DNA of 41,134 bases from a virus (IMGVR_UViG_3300046055_000089:1-41134), one strand, 5' to 3'; counted from the first letter of the stretch, positions 1-8,563 are shown. Numbers and translations are program-made. The notes: a model not told the origin generated them from the sequence alone.

Positions 1-1245
1 ATGGCGCTCGACGATCCCCAGGATTTCAACGGCGGCCTCGTGAACGCGCGCCGCCGCCTCGCCGAGTCCGCCGCCGTCCACGACGCCGACCGGCCGGTTA
101 TCAAACAGTGGATGCAGATGAAGGACGGCCGGGTGGCTGTCTCGTCGCTGAAGACGTACCTCCGACGCGTCCGCGTCGCCAGCGAACGCTCGGAGCGCCC
201 GCTCGTCGAACTCGATGAAGCAGCCTACCACGACCTCATCTTCAGCCTCCGCCACGACCACGACCTCGCGGACGCCACCGTCCAGTCCTACGAGAACGCT
301 CTCCTGCCGTTCCTCGAGGACATGATCGACGCCGAGTGGGCCGAGGACGTCGACCGCACGACCGTCGAGAGTGGCGGGCCGGACGTCGACGAGATGCTCA
401 CACCGGGCGACATCCAGGACCTCACCACGGCCGCACGCACGCAGCGAGACGTGGCGTTCATCGAGTTCCTCGCCGACACGGGCGCGCGGCTGTCGCTTGC
501 GCTCTCGCTGCGCGTAAAGGACGTCTCCCTCGAGAAGACGGCGACGTACACGCCGAACCCGAACGCGACCGGGTTGAAGGGCGCTGCGATCACGGAGTAC
601 CCGCTGATCGACGCGGTCGCTGCACTCCGCGGGTACCTCCGCGGGGCGCATCCCCGCGGGTCGAACCCGGATGTCGCGCTGTTCCACAAGCTCAAACCGT
701 ACAGCCGCGCGAGCGAGGACGACCGCTGGGGCGACGACGACGGCGGGCTGCGCGCGAACGCGGCCCGCCAGCAGCTCGTCCGGATCGCCGACCGCGCCGG
801 CGTCGACAAGCCCGTCAACCCGCACGCGTTCCGGCATGCGGCGATCACACGGATGGTCCGCGAGGGCTACTCCCGGTCCCAAATCGAGCACCGGGTGCAC
901 TGGACATTGGACACCGACATGTGGGAGATTTATGAGCACGTCACCACCGAAGAACACAACGACGACATTTTCCGGCAGGCCGGCGTCGTCGACGACGAGA
1001 CGGGGCCGGACCGCGTCCGGAAGCCGTGCGGGCAGTGCCGGACACCGATCGCGCCCCACCACGAGTACTGCCCGCAGTGCGGGAGTGCGGTGACGGCCGC
1101 CGCGGACGACGAGGTCGAGACACATCGCGACGCGATTCTCGACGACGTTGTCGACGCGACGAACCCGGCGATGCGGCGCGAGCTCCGCCAGGTCCTCGAC
1201 GACCTCGAGGAGCGCGAGGATCTCGCTCATAACGAGTCCTCCTGA
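1..1245 (+). CDS. int: Tyrosine recombinase/integrase with C-terminal Zn ribbon
   Basis: Catalytic residues R (DTGARL), K (GLKG), HxxR (HAFRH), H/W (HRVHW), Y (EIYEH); C-terminal CGQC...CPQCG ribbon as in haloarchaeal proviral integrases. Confidence 0.93.
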   Translation: MALDDPQDFNGGLVNARRRLAESAAVHDADRPVIKQWMQMKDGRVAVSSLKTYLRRVRVASERSERPLVELDEAAYHDLIFSLRHDHDLADATVQSYENALLPFLEDMIDAEWAEDVDRTTVESGGPDVDEMLTPGDIQDLTTAARTQRDVAFIEFLADTGARLSLALSLRVKDVSLEKTATYTPNPNATGLKGAAITEYPLIDAVAALRGYLRGAHPRGSNPDVALFHKLKPYSRASEDDRWGDDDGGLRANAARQQLVRIADRAGVDKPVNPHAFRHAAITRMVREGYSRSQIEHRVHWTLDTDMWEIYEHVTTEEHNDDIFRQAGVVDDETGPDRVRKPCGQCRTPIAPHHEYCPQCGSAVTAAADDEVETHRDAILDDVVDATNPAMRRELRQVLDDLEEREDLAHNESS

Positions 1246-1259
1246 CGGCGCGCGAGCGA

Positions 1260-1332
1260 CCGTCGGGCGACCCGACGGCTCTCTTCGCTGATGTTGTCAC
1301 GCCGGAGGAGGGCTTTCAGCTTCTCCTCCGGC
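1260..1332. terminator. Two GC-rich hairpins between the convergent integrase and helicase genes (possible bidirectional terminator)
   Basis: CCGTCGGG-CGA-CCCGACGG (1260-1278) and GCCGGAGGAGGGCT-TTC-AGCTTCTCCTCCGGC (1301-1332). Confidence 0.45.
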
Positions 1333-1383
1333 GACCGTTCAAGCTCGGGGTCGGACTGTGGGGAAGTCTCGTCAGTGCTCATG

Positions 1384-3138
1384 TTAGAAGTCCACCTCCG
1401 TCTCGGTGACGGTGGTGCCGCGCTCGCGGAGGTAGTCCATCTGCTCGCGGGCGTACGCCTCCTCCCGGCTCCCGCGGGTGGCGAGGAGGTAGGCGTAAGC
1501 GTCGCCGAACGGGCGCATCACGCGCCCGACGCGCTGGGTGCCCTGGCGCTTCGAGCCGCCAAGCATCGACGCGATGACCACCGCGTCGATGTCCGGCAGG
1601 TCGATGCCCTCGTCCGCGATGCGCGAGACGATGAGCGCGTCCAGCTCGCCATCGCGCAGCTGCTGGTACGCGGTCTCGCGGTCGCGGTGTCGGGTGTCGC
1701 CATGCAGGTAGGGGACGCCGAGCGCCTCGGCGTACTGCTCGCCCTGGTCGCGCCAGCCACAGTAGATCAGGACCGTCCCGCCCGCGCTGGCATGCGCGTC
1801 GAGGAGCCGCTGGGTGTCCTCGAGCTTCGCGGGGTTCTGCGCCGCGGCGATCATCTTCTTCGTGCCCTCGGCCCCGCGGTAGGCCTCGCGGTCGGCCTCC
1901 GCCGCCCAGGGGACGAGCCGGACGTCAACGTTGGGCCGGTGGACCCAGCCCTCCGCGTACAGCTCCTCCCACGTCGACGTCAGGGGGCGGCCGATGAGCG
2001 TGAAAATCTCCTCGCTCTTGCCGTCCGACCGTACCGGCGTCGCGGTGAGGCCGAGCCGGTGGCGGGACTGGATGTCGGCGGTGCGTCGCCAGATCTCGGC
2101 GGGGACGTGGTGGGCCTCGTCGAACACGACAGCGCCCCACTCGCGGTCGAACAGCTTCCGGCCGTGCCGGGACCTCGACGCCATGTCGTACGTCGAGATG
2201 GTGACCGGCCGGATGCGCTTCTCGCCGCCGTGGTACTGGCCGACCTGCCGGCGCGAGAGCGTGGTGTGCTCGCGGAGCGCGTCCGCCCACTGCTGGGCGA
2301 GCTCCCTGCTGGGTGCGAGGATGAGCGTCTCCTGGCCGAGGTCGGCGAGAATCGCCAGCGCGGCGATGGTCTTTCCGCTGCCGGGCGGCGCGTCGATCAC
2401 GCCGGAGCCGGCGTCGCGGAAGCGCTCCAGCCACTCCACCTGGTACGGCCGGAGGTCGAGGGTGTCGGCGAGCGCGATGTCGAGGCCTTCGCCGCGCTCA
2501 AGGTCGCGGTGGTCGAGCGGCGGGTAGCCTGCGTCGTACAGCGTCTCCTTGACGTCGGCTTCCGCGCCGGCCTTGATGCGCATCCGGGTGGCGCCGAGGA
2601 ACTGCGTGTAGTGTGTGTTGTGCTCCAGGGTCTCGCGGGCGACGTCCTCAAACAGCTCCGGCGTCTCGGCCTCCAGGACCGCGTAGCCGTCCGAGTGCGT
2701 GCGGAGCGTGAAGGCGTGGCCGCGCTCCCAGATGCGGCGGAGGCGGGTCTCGACGGACTCCGGGAGCTCGCCGCCGACGCCCGCGACCGCGTCCACGAGT
2801 GCATCGACGTGCTCGTAGGGACTGGTCCAGACGTCGATGGGGTCGGTGGTGAACAGGGTGGCCGCGCCGTCCTCGCTGGTCTCGACGAGGTGCGCGAATG
2901 TGCCGAGGGTAGCGCGGGTGTCGTCGCTGGCCGCGTCGCCGAGGTAGCGGAGCTGGCTGGGAAACAGCCGGATGCGCTCGTCGCGCTCGCGGTCCTCCTG
3001 GACGATGCGGCTGGTGTGCGCCAGCTCGTGCTGGCCGCCCAGCTCTTCCACGCGGTCCGCGAGCGCGAGTAGTTCATCGGGCGCGCCGGCGCGGATGCGC
3101 GCGGCGAGCTCGCCGAGTGAGAGGTCGGCGTCGCTCAT
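1384..3138 (-). CDS. SF2 helicase, XPB/Rad25 (Ssl2)-like
   Basis: Q motif LRPYQ, Walker A PPGSGKT, DEAHH, LGLTATP, DEGIDLP, QRVGRVMR; N-terminal region resembles the XPB helicase-associated domain. Confidence 0.88.
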   Translation of the reverse strand: MSDADLSLGELAARIRAGAPDELLALADRVEELGGQHELAHTSRIVQEDRERDERIRLFPSQLRYLGDAASDDTRATLGTFAHLVETSEDGAATLFTTDPIDVWTSPYEHVDALVDAVAGVGGELPESVETRLRRIWERGHAFTLRTHSDGYAVLEAETPELFEDVARETLEHNTHYTQFLGATRMRIKAGAEADVKETLYDAGYPPLDHRDLERGEGLDIALADTLDLRPYQVEWLERFRDAGSGVIDAPPGSGKTIAALAILADLGQETLILAPSRELAQQWADALREHTTLSRRQVGQYHGGEKRIRPVTISTYDMASRSRHGRKLFDREWGAVVFDEAHHVPAEIWRRTADIQSRHRLGLTATPVRSDGKSEEIFTLIGRPLTSTWEELYAEGWVHRPNVDVRLVPWAAEADREAYRGAEGTKKMIAAAQNPAKLEDTQRLLDAHASAGGTVLIYCGWRDQGEQYAEALGVPYLHGDTRHRDRETAYQQLRDGELDALIVSRIADEGIDLPDIDAVVIASMLGGSKRQGTQRVGRVMRPFGDAYAYLLATRGSREEAYAREQMDYLRERGTTVTETEVDF

Positions 3139-4790
3139 GCGGGTCGTCCTCCGTTGGCTTCGGGCGAGCGGTGGCCCTCTGGCTCGGGGAGCTCGTCGTA
3201 GAGGTCGAGCTGAAAGAGGATCTTGCGGACGCGGCCGCCGATCTGCCGGGGTTTGCTGCCCCAGTCGAGCCGGCGCGCCACGTCGTGGATCGACCGGGTC
3301 TCGGAATGGTTGACGGCCTCGAAGATCGCCTCCGCCTCAACCGGCACGTCGAACTCCAGGGCGGCGAGCCGCTCACGGTCGCCCTCGGTGGGGCGGTCGT
3401 CGAGGTTCGAGGCATCAACGAACTCGACGTGCGGCGTCCTGTCGCCACCACTGTAGTCCGCGGGCTGAGCGTCGCCACCGGCGTCCTGCGTCGCGGGCTC
3501 GTCCTCGGTGGTGCTCTGGTTGTCCGTGGCGACCGGCGGGAGGTCCACGTCAGTGACGGCGGAGAGTTCCACGTCGCTGGGGCCGACCACGTCGCCGAGG
3601 CCGTACGCGGAGAGCACGCGGAGCGTCCGCCTAAGCGACCAGTCGAGGTCGTCGGCGAGGTCCCTGACTGTGTCGGCGGCCTCGACGAGAGATTCGAACT
3701 CGCCGGGGTCGAGGTAGTCGAGGCGGGACTGCGAGACGCCGTGGACTTCGAGACGGTGGATAGCCCAATCGAGGGAGTCCTCGCAGACGACGCCGCACCG
3801 ACACTCACAGGGGTAGCGCCCGGTGCCGGTCTCGTCATAATTTGACTCCTCGTCAGCCGAGTCCGACTCCTCGTGGGCGTCATTGTGCTCCTGGGAGTCC
3901 TCCCTCGGACCGTCGTCCATATCGTCGTCGCCCGCGCCCTCTGGGTCGACCAGCTCGTCGCCGTCGTCCTGGACGGGCTCGGACTCGCACTCCAGCTCTG
4001 CGTCGTCGTCGCCGACGAGGTCCTCCGCGTCGGGGTCAACCTCGTCATCGTCGGCGGTGTCGTCCGAGCAGTGCCCGCAGGCCGTCCAGTCCTCGTCGGC
4101 CTCGAGGTCGTCGAGAGGCCGGGGGAGCGGGACGGCGTCGCGGTCCGAGTCCGACCGATCGAGCGTCCAGCAGTCCGCGTCGACGTGGTAGGTCCCGCCG
4201 AGCGGCGGCCCGTTCCGCCCCCACTCGAGGATCCACGCCTGCTGCGCGGGCGGGATGTCATCACCCGTCTCGATTTCCGTGGCGTCCTCGTCGAGGACGT
4301 CGTCGGGCTCGCGGTGGCAGACGACGGGGTCGCCGTCGTGGTCGTCGTTGCGGCTGTCATGGACGCGGATGCCGCGCGCGGTCGTTGGCCCGTGGCCGCA
4401 CTTGCCGCACCACCACTCGTCCACGTCGGGGACGGCCGTGACATCGTGAACGTCGTAAGTCGAGTCGCGGCCGTCCGGGGCGACGTCGGCGAACGTCAGT
4501 CTCGGGGGTGTCGAGAGGTCGTCGACGACCAGGACGTGGTCGCCGGCGTGCTCGCCAGCGAGCTGGACGGTGACGCAGGCGGGCCAGTCGCAGTCGTCGC
4601 CGAACACGCAGTCCCAGCCGTGGCGGTCGGGCTCGGCGTCGACGGCTAGCGGGAGCGTCCGGCGCGCCGTACACTCGACGATCACCGCGTCCTCGCCCGG
4701 CGTGAGAGAAGCGACCGTCTCGCGGAGCGCCGCGAGGTCGTCCACCGGAAGCCCGGTGTCCTCCGGGGAGGCGTCGGGGCTACTCGCCAT
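3135..4790 (-). CDS. Multidomain acidic protein with several Cys/His clusters and two C-terminal HTH-like repeats
   Basis: Start moved to ATG 4790 behind GGAGGTG SD; motifs CGKC..H, YHVDADC..CGHC, CRCGVVC..H..H; TVRDLADDLDW and SIHDVARRLDW. Confidence 0.7.
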   Translation of the reverse strand: MASSPDASPEDTGLPVDDLAALRETVASLTPGEDAVIVECTARRTLPLAVDAEPDRHGWDCVFGDDCDWPACVTVQLAGEHAGDHVLVVDDLSTPPRLTFADVAPDGRDSTYDVHDVTAVPDVDEWWCGKCGHGPTTARGIRVHDSRNDDHDGDPVVCHREPDDVLDEDATEIETGDDIPPAQQAWILEWGRNGPPLGGTYHVDADCWTLDRSDSDRDAVPLPRPLDDLEADEDWTACGHCSDDTADDDEVDPDAEDLVGDDDAELECESEPVQDDGDELVDPEGAGDDDMDDGPREDSQEHNDAHEESDSADEESNYDETGTGRYPCECRCGVVCEDSLDWAIHRLEVHGVSQSRLDYLDPGEFESLVEAADTVRDLADDLDWSLRRTLRVLSAYGLGDVVGPSDVELSAVTDVDLPPVATDNQSTTEDEPATQDAGGDAQPADYSGGDRTPHVEFVDASNLDDRPTEGDRERLAALEFDVPVEAEAIFEAVNHSETRSIHDVARRLDWGSKPRQIGGRVRKILFQLDLYDELPEPEGHRSPEANGGRPA

Positions 4791-4863
4791 CGTCCACCTC
4801 CTCCCGAACGTGGGCGATGGGATCGTCGATGCCCCGAATGGCGGGAGGCAACTCACTCGACAT
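4780..4863 (-). CDS. 27-aa microprotein MSSELPPAIRGIDDPIAHVREEVDDGE
   Basis: Perfect SD GGAGGTGA upstream; overlaps both neighbours in a translational-coupling arrangement; not in the ORF track. Confidence 0.55.
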   Translation of the reverse strand: MSSELPPAIRGIDDPIAHVREEVDDGE

Positions 4864-5290
4864 TCGAGTCACCTCCGAGCGTGACGTCGGCTGGATACCC
4901 GGTGCGTTTCCAGTAGGCCTGGTAGCCGAGCGCACCGCAGTCTCGCAGCTCGTTGGGGATGCGCTCGGGCGAACCGTCTTCGTACTCGTACTCGAGGGTG
5001 GCCTGCGCGAGTTCGCGCGCGTGGTACGGCGCGGGCTGGAGGTCGGCGACGGGCACGCGCTGGATCTCCGAGTCGTCCTCGAGGACGGCGATGGTGTCGG
5101 CGTGCGCGACCATCACCGCGCCGAGGTCCCGGTCGTCGTCGATGTCGACAGCGTCCCGGAGGAGAACGTGGCGCTGCTTGTGGTGGAGTCGGTCCATCCA
5201 GCCTTTGTACCGCCTGCCGTTCGCGGCCTGAACCTGGACGCGCCGGCCGCGGAGGTTGTCGTCGAGCGCCCCATGGAACGGGTTACCCAT
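4853..5290 (-). CDS. Sm/LSm-like N-terminal domain plus start of a ParB-like domain (probably truncated)
   Basis: LRGRRVQVQAANGRRYKGWMDRLH..HVLLRDA matches the Sm-fold pattern; IQRVPVADLQPAPYHARE resembles the ParB N-terminal motif, but the rest of the ParB domain is absent. Confidence 0.55.
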   Translation of the reverse strand: MGNPFHGALDDNLRGRRVQVQAANGRRYKGWMDRLHHKQRHVLLRDAVDIDDDRDLGAVMVAHADTIAVLEDDSEIQRVPVADLQPAPYHARELAQATLEYEYEDGSPERIPNELRDCGALGYQAYWKRTGYPADVTLGGDSNVE

Positions 5291-5978
5291 CCGTCGATCC
5301 CTCCTCGAGGGGATGCGGCGGGACGGTCCAGTCGCCGGCATGCCGGTGCAGCCAGCCCCGGACGGTGCCCTCGGGCACGTCGAAGATGGTGGCGAGGTCG
5401 GGCGCTGTCACGTCGGAGTAGGCGCGAGTCGCCTTCCAGGTGCGGGCGAGCCGGCGCTGACCGGCCTTCTGGAGCGCGACGTAGTCGATGCCACACGAGT
5501 CCGTCGCGTGCGACACGCCACGCAGGGTCTGCACGCCGATGGCGTGCTGGAGGGCGTGCTGCGGGATGAGGCCGAGCCGAGCGACGGCCTCGAAGTACTC
5601 GCGGCGCTCCTCGTCCTCCGTAATCGACGCGAAGCCGCGGGCGTGGACGTAGCCGGGGTTGACCCACTTACTGCGCTGGCCGGGGAACCGGCCGTTCGCG
5701 GGCCACGCCCCGAGCGCGTAGAGGTGGGTATCGAGACTCCGCGACAGCTCCTTCGCCGTGAGGTCGAGATCGTCGACGAAGTCCCGAATCGTGAACACGG
5801 CGCGCGTCTCCGGCAGCGCGTCGACAACCTCGCGGAGGCTGCGGTGGATGTCGAGGTTGTCGTAGCCGCGCACGCCGAACGGGAGGAACTCCCGGATGAG
5901 ATCGTGCTTCAGGCAGTACCGACTGCAGAGCCGGCGCTGCCATTTCACCGACCACTCCACAGTGGCGGCTTCACTCAT
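5283..5978 (-). CDS. Hypothetical protein with C-terminal HTH
   Basis: Start MSEAATV at 5978 overlaps the upstream stop; C-terminal TAPDLATIFDVPEGTVRGWLHRH is HTH-like. Confidence 0.65.
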   Translation of the reverse strand: MSEAATVEWSVKWQRRLCSRYCLKHDLIREFLPFGVRGYDNLDIHRSLREVVDALPETRAVFTIRDFVDDLDLTAKELSRSLDTHLYALGAWPANGRFPGQRSKWVNPGYVHARGFASITEDEERREYFEAVARLGLIPQHALQHAIGVQTLRGVSHATDSCGIDYVALQKAGQRRLARTWKATRAYSDVTAPDLATIFDVPEGTVRGWLHRHAGDWTVPPHPLEEGSTDG

Positions 5979-6171
5979 CGCCGGTGTCCTCCTCGGCACC
6001 TTCCTCCAGACCACCGACGCCCGTGTGAGTCAGGACAGCCCGACCACCGGCTGGAACGGTCACCTTTAGATGGTCGGTCTCGACGACGTTTCCCTGATGG
6101 TCATACACCGTCGCTTTTGCCCTAAGCCGTCCCTCGTTACCGACGTTGGTGTACTCTGTTCGGTCACTCAT
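5971..6171 (-). CDS. Hypothetical protein
   Basis: 66-aa acidic ORF overlapping both neighbours in the operon. Confidence 0.6.
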   Translation of the reverse strand: MSDRTEYTNVGNEGRLRAKATVYDHQGNVVETDHLKVTVPAGGRAVLTHTGVGGLEEGAEEDTGDE

Positions 6172-6343
6172 CGCCGAGGGCCTCCTGGACGCGCTCGCGG
6201 ACGTCCGCGAACCGGTGGGGGACGTCGTGTTTCTCGGCGGTGTGCGCGGCCGCCACCAGGACGGTGTCGCCCGCGGCGACGAGCTCGACGGCCTCCTCGA
6301 CGGCGGCGTCGACCGCGTCGGTCTCGGAGAGCGCAGCAGCCAT
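6164..6343 (-). CDS. Hypothetical protein
   Basis: Start MAAALSETD at 6343 (TGATG overlap with the upstream gene). Confidence 0.6.
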   Translation of the reverse strand: MAAALSETDAVDAAVEEAVELVAAGDTVLVAAAHTAEKHDVPHRFADVRERVQEALGDE

Positions 6344-6879
6344 CACGACCCGCCTCCCGTCTTCTCGATCCTCTCGACAGCTGTCTCGACGTGCTCGTCG
6401 AGCGCCTGGGTGGCTTCGGCGAGCTGCACGGCGTCCTCGAGGACGGCCGCGTGGTCGGCCGGCCAGCACTCCCGAACCGCGTCGACGTAGCTCTCGGGGT
6501 GGGCGGGCTCCATGTCGGTGTCGTCGAGAGAGCGCGCGAGACCGACCATCGCAGCGAGCGTGTGCATGACGATGTCGCGTTGGACGCGGTCGAGGTCCTG
6601 ATTGGCCGCCTCCAACGGCACCCGAGCGAGCCGCGACCGCGGGAAGTCATAGGTCCCGGAGAACGAGGTCGTGGGCTCGTCGGGGAGGTAGACGCACGTG
6701 TAGACGGGCTCGTCGTCCGCGACGTCGAGCAGCGCGTTCGCGCGGTAGGAGGCGATGTCGTAGTCCTCGCGCTCGCGGTGCTTGCGAACGGTGTCGGCGG
6801 CCTTCCCAACGACCTGCACCTTCCCTCGCTTGACGAGGTCGTGTGCGGTGTCGCCGATCTTGAGCTGGCCGTCAGGCAC
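6343..6879 (-). CDS. Hypothetical halovirus-type protein
   Basis: GTG start at 6879 after GAGGTGA SD; IGD..D...V.V..YDFPRSRL pattern, recalled from haloarchaeal virus proteins. Confidence 0.65.
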   Translation of the reverse strand: MPDGQLKIGDTAHDLVKRGKVQVVGKAADTVRKHREREDYDIASYRANALLDVADDEPVYTCVYLPDEPTTSFSGTYDFPRSRLARVPLEAANQDLDRVQRDIVMHTLAAMVGLARSLDDTDMEPAHPESYVDAVRECWPADHAAVLEDAVQLAEATQALDEHVETAVERIEKTGGGS

Positions 6880-7090
6880 GTGTCTCACCTCCTCCGTCGC
6901 CGGCCTCCGAGTCGCCAGCGAGGAAGCACTTCGCGCACGGCAGGCCTCGCTGCGGGTCGGGACCGGGACAACCCGGAGTGTCGTGCGGGCAGGGCCCGGA
7001 CTGGTCGCCGACGCCGGCGCGCGACCGGACGGCGTCCACGGCCTGCTGGCGGTAGCGGTGGCGCGCGCCACGCGACTGAGCGCTACGCAT
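6872..7090 (-). CDS. Small Cys-rich hypothetical protein
   Basis: ATG 7090 after GGAGGTGA; CPHDTPGCPGP...CAKC. Confidence 0.55.
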   Translation of the reverse strand: MRSAQSRGARHRYRQQAVDAVRSRAGVGDQSGPCPHDTPGCPGPDPQRGLPCAKCFLAGDSEAGDGGGETRA

Positions 7091-7301
7091 CGCGCGCGTC
7101 ACCTCCTGTAGGATTCTCGATGTCACCGTCGAACGTGGTCTGTCCCTCGGGACGGCCGCCGTCGGTGGCGACCGCGCGCTTGAGCTCGACGTGGTGCTGC
7201 TCCTTCCGGCTGTGCCGCTCGAGCGCGTCCGAGACCTCGACGAGGTCGTCGCTGCGGTACGTCCACGCGCAGTCCGCGCAGTCCGCTTCGTGGGCGGTCA
7301 T
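7083..7301 (-). CDS. Small C2H2-type Zn-finger protein
   Basis: CADC...HSRKEQH; ends in the ATDGG motif. Confidence 0.7.
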   Translation of the reverse strand: MTAHEADCADCAWTYRSDDLVEVSDALERHSRKEQHHVELKRAVATDGGRPEGQTTFDGDIENPTGGDARDA

Positions 7302-7338
7302 CGCGTCTCACCGTCCTCGCCGCCGTCGGTGGCGACCG
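7155..7338. repeat. Perfect 20-bp direct repeat GCCGCCGTCGGTGGCGACCG (7155-7174 and 7319-7338)
   Basis: Identical copies encode VATDGG near the 3' ends of two adjacent genes. Confidence 0.85.
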
Positions 7339-7459
7339 GGAGGAGGTAGCGCACGAACACTCGCCCGCCGAAGGTGTCGAGGGTGAGTCCCTCGGCCTCG
7401 TCGGGGAGGTCGATTGTCTCGTCGGGGTCGAAATCTGCCATGTGGTAGGAGTACTCCAT
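7298..7459 (-). CDS. Small hypothetical protein
   Basis: MEYSYHMADF...VATDGG; TGATG-coupled to the upstream gene. Confidence 0.55.
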   Translation of the reverse strand: MEYSYHMADFDPDETIDLPDEAEGLTLDTFGGRVFVRYLLPVATDGGEDGETR

Positions 7460-7836
7460 CAGTCGACACCTCCGTCGTCGCGGGCCTGCTCCCACGCCTG
7501 GTACGCGTCGGGGTCGGGGCCACGTACGGACATAACGAGGCCGTTCCCGGCGGTAATCATCGGCCGGCGCGGGTGGGGGTCGGGGTCGTCGGCGTCGCCC
7601 GGGAGCGCGAGCTGGGTCCGGCACTCGTGGGTGGCGAGCTCGTCGAGCGTCTGGCAGACGCGCTCGCAGATGTCGCAGTAGTGCTGGTCGACCTCGGTCG
7701 AGCCGAGGTACGCGATGCCGCCGCCGGTCGATTCGTCGGCGTCGCCCGCAGCGGCGTCCCCGTAGAGGTCATCAAGAGTGCACTGCTGGCACTGCTGGCC
7801 CGACTGGATGACCCGCCCGCAGTCGCAGGTCGGCAT
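7459..7836 (-). CDS. Zn-finger protein
   Basis: CDCG...CQQC and CDIC...HEC motifs. Confidence 0.7.
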   Translation of the reverse strand: MPTCDCGRVIQSGQQCQQCTLDDLYGDAAAGDADESTGGGIAYLGSTEVDQHYCDICERVCQTLDELATHECRTQLALPGDADDPDPHPRRPMITAGNGLVMSVRGPDPDAYQAWEQARDDGGVD

Positions 7837-8046
7837 CTAGCGGTCACCTCCCAGAATCTCGGCGTCGTCGCCGGCGTCGATGATGCCGTGCTCGCCGGTC
7901 GCGGCGTCGACGGCGTCGGGCGCGCAGTACTCGGTGACGAGTGCGTCCGCGGTCGCGGAGAGCGCGACGCCGACGTCGGTGCTGTTGGAAGCGGTATCCT
8001 CTTTGGTCGGGGGCCGGTAATCCGACCCGGTCGTGTGCTCAGTCAT
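7837..8046 (-). CDS. First gene of the leftward early operon, hypothetical
   Basis: ATG at 8046 (MTEHTTG); acidic composition begins here; its 3' end contains the GGAGGTGA SD of the next gene. Confidence 0.55.
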   Translation of the reverse strand: MTEHTTGSDYRPPTKEDTASNSTDVGVALSATADALVTEYCAPDAVDAATGEHGIIDAGDDAEILGGDR

Positions 8047-8152
8047 AGTCTGGTTGGGTGCGTGACCCCCGGTAGGCCGGGCGCGTTCGTCTTGGACAGA
8101 TGGAGCGCGCTCGGCGGGTGCCGCGGAGCTACTTCGTCCCTTAGAGCTCTGC

Positions 8153-8182
8153 GTATAAGGGAGGGTGCTGTATTTCCGGCAG
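8153..8182 (-). promoter_or_regulatory. Leftward early promoter: CTGCCGGAAAT-N13-TTATAC
   Basis: Same bipartite sequence and spacing as upstream of orc1/cdc6 (9963-9992). Confidence 0.65.
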
Positions 8183-8290
8183 AAGGAAAGTGCTCGATAA
8201 CCGATTCTTACCGTTCGTTGCAGCGACTTATGGGCTGTATAACTAAGCCGCTCTCCCGCGTTTTTGTACATGCGTTTTTGGATGACGTAG

Positions 8291-8312
8291 CCGGCGCGGT
8301 GGGACGCGCCGG
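8291..8312. terminator. Hairpin downstream of the leftward RHH gene
   Basis: CCGGCGCG-GTGGGA-CGCGCCGG, perfect 8-bp stem. Confidence 0.4.
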
Positions 8313-8350
8313 GACCTTATTTGGTCGGTAGCCTGTGCTCTGGAAGTTGG

Positions 8351-8563
8351 TTAGACATCCGCTCGAGTGCTCACCTCCGTCGAATTGGCCTCTTCGAGCT
8401 CGCCGCCGTCAGGAGCGTACTCGTCCCACTCGCCGCTGTCCTCCGCGTTGAGGCGTGCCTCGATGGCCTCGCGGATCCACTTGCTCCTGTCTGTTCGACT
8501 ATGTCTCCTGTCGTCGATCTCGTCCAGCATCCATTGAGGGATGACTACACTCGGTTTTGGCAT
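8351..8563 (-). CDS. Ribbon-helix-helix (CopG-like) regulator
   Basis: MPKPSVVIPQWMLDEIDDRR..DRSKWIREAIEARL is a classic RHH pattern. Confidence 0.85.
   Translation of the reverse strand: MPKPSVVIPQWMLDEIDDRRHSRTDRSKWIREAIEARLNAEDSGEWDEYAPDGGELEEANSTEVSTRADV

Noticed and set aside
1291-3072. Long + strand ORFs antisense to real genes (also 21522-23780, 25771-27747, 28487-30169, 30985-32766, 33077-35380, 37503-39554)
   Set aside because: Shadow ORFs caused by high GC and GAC/GTC codon bias; V/L/R-rich, no motifs, and opposite to clearly identifiable genes.
8047-8271. Upstream extension of ORF 7837-8271
   Set aside because: Basic, atypical composition, and it overlaps the promoter and leader hairpin; ATG 8046 preferred.
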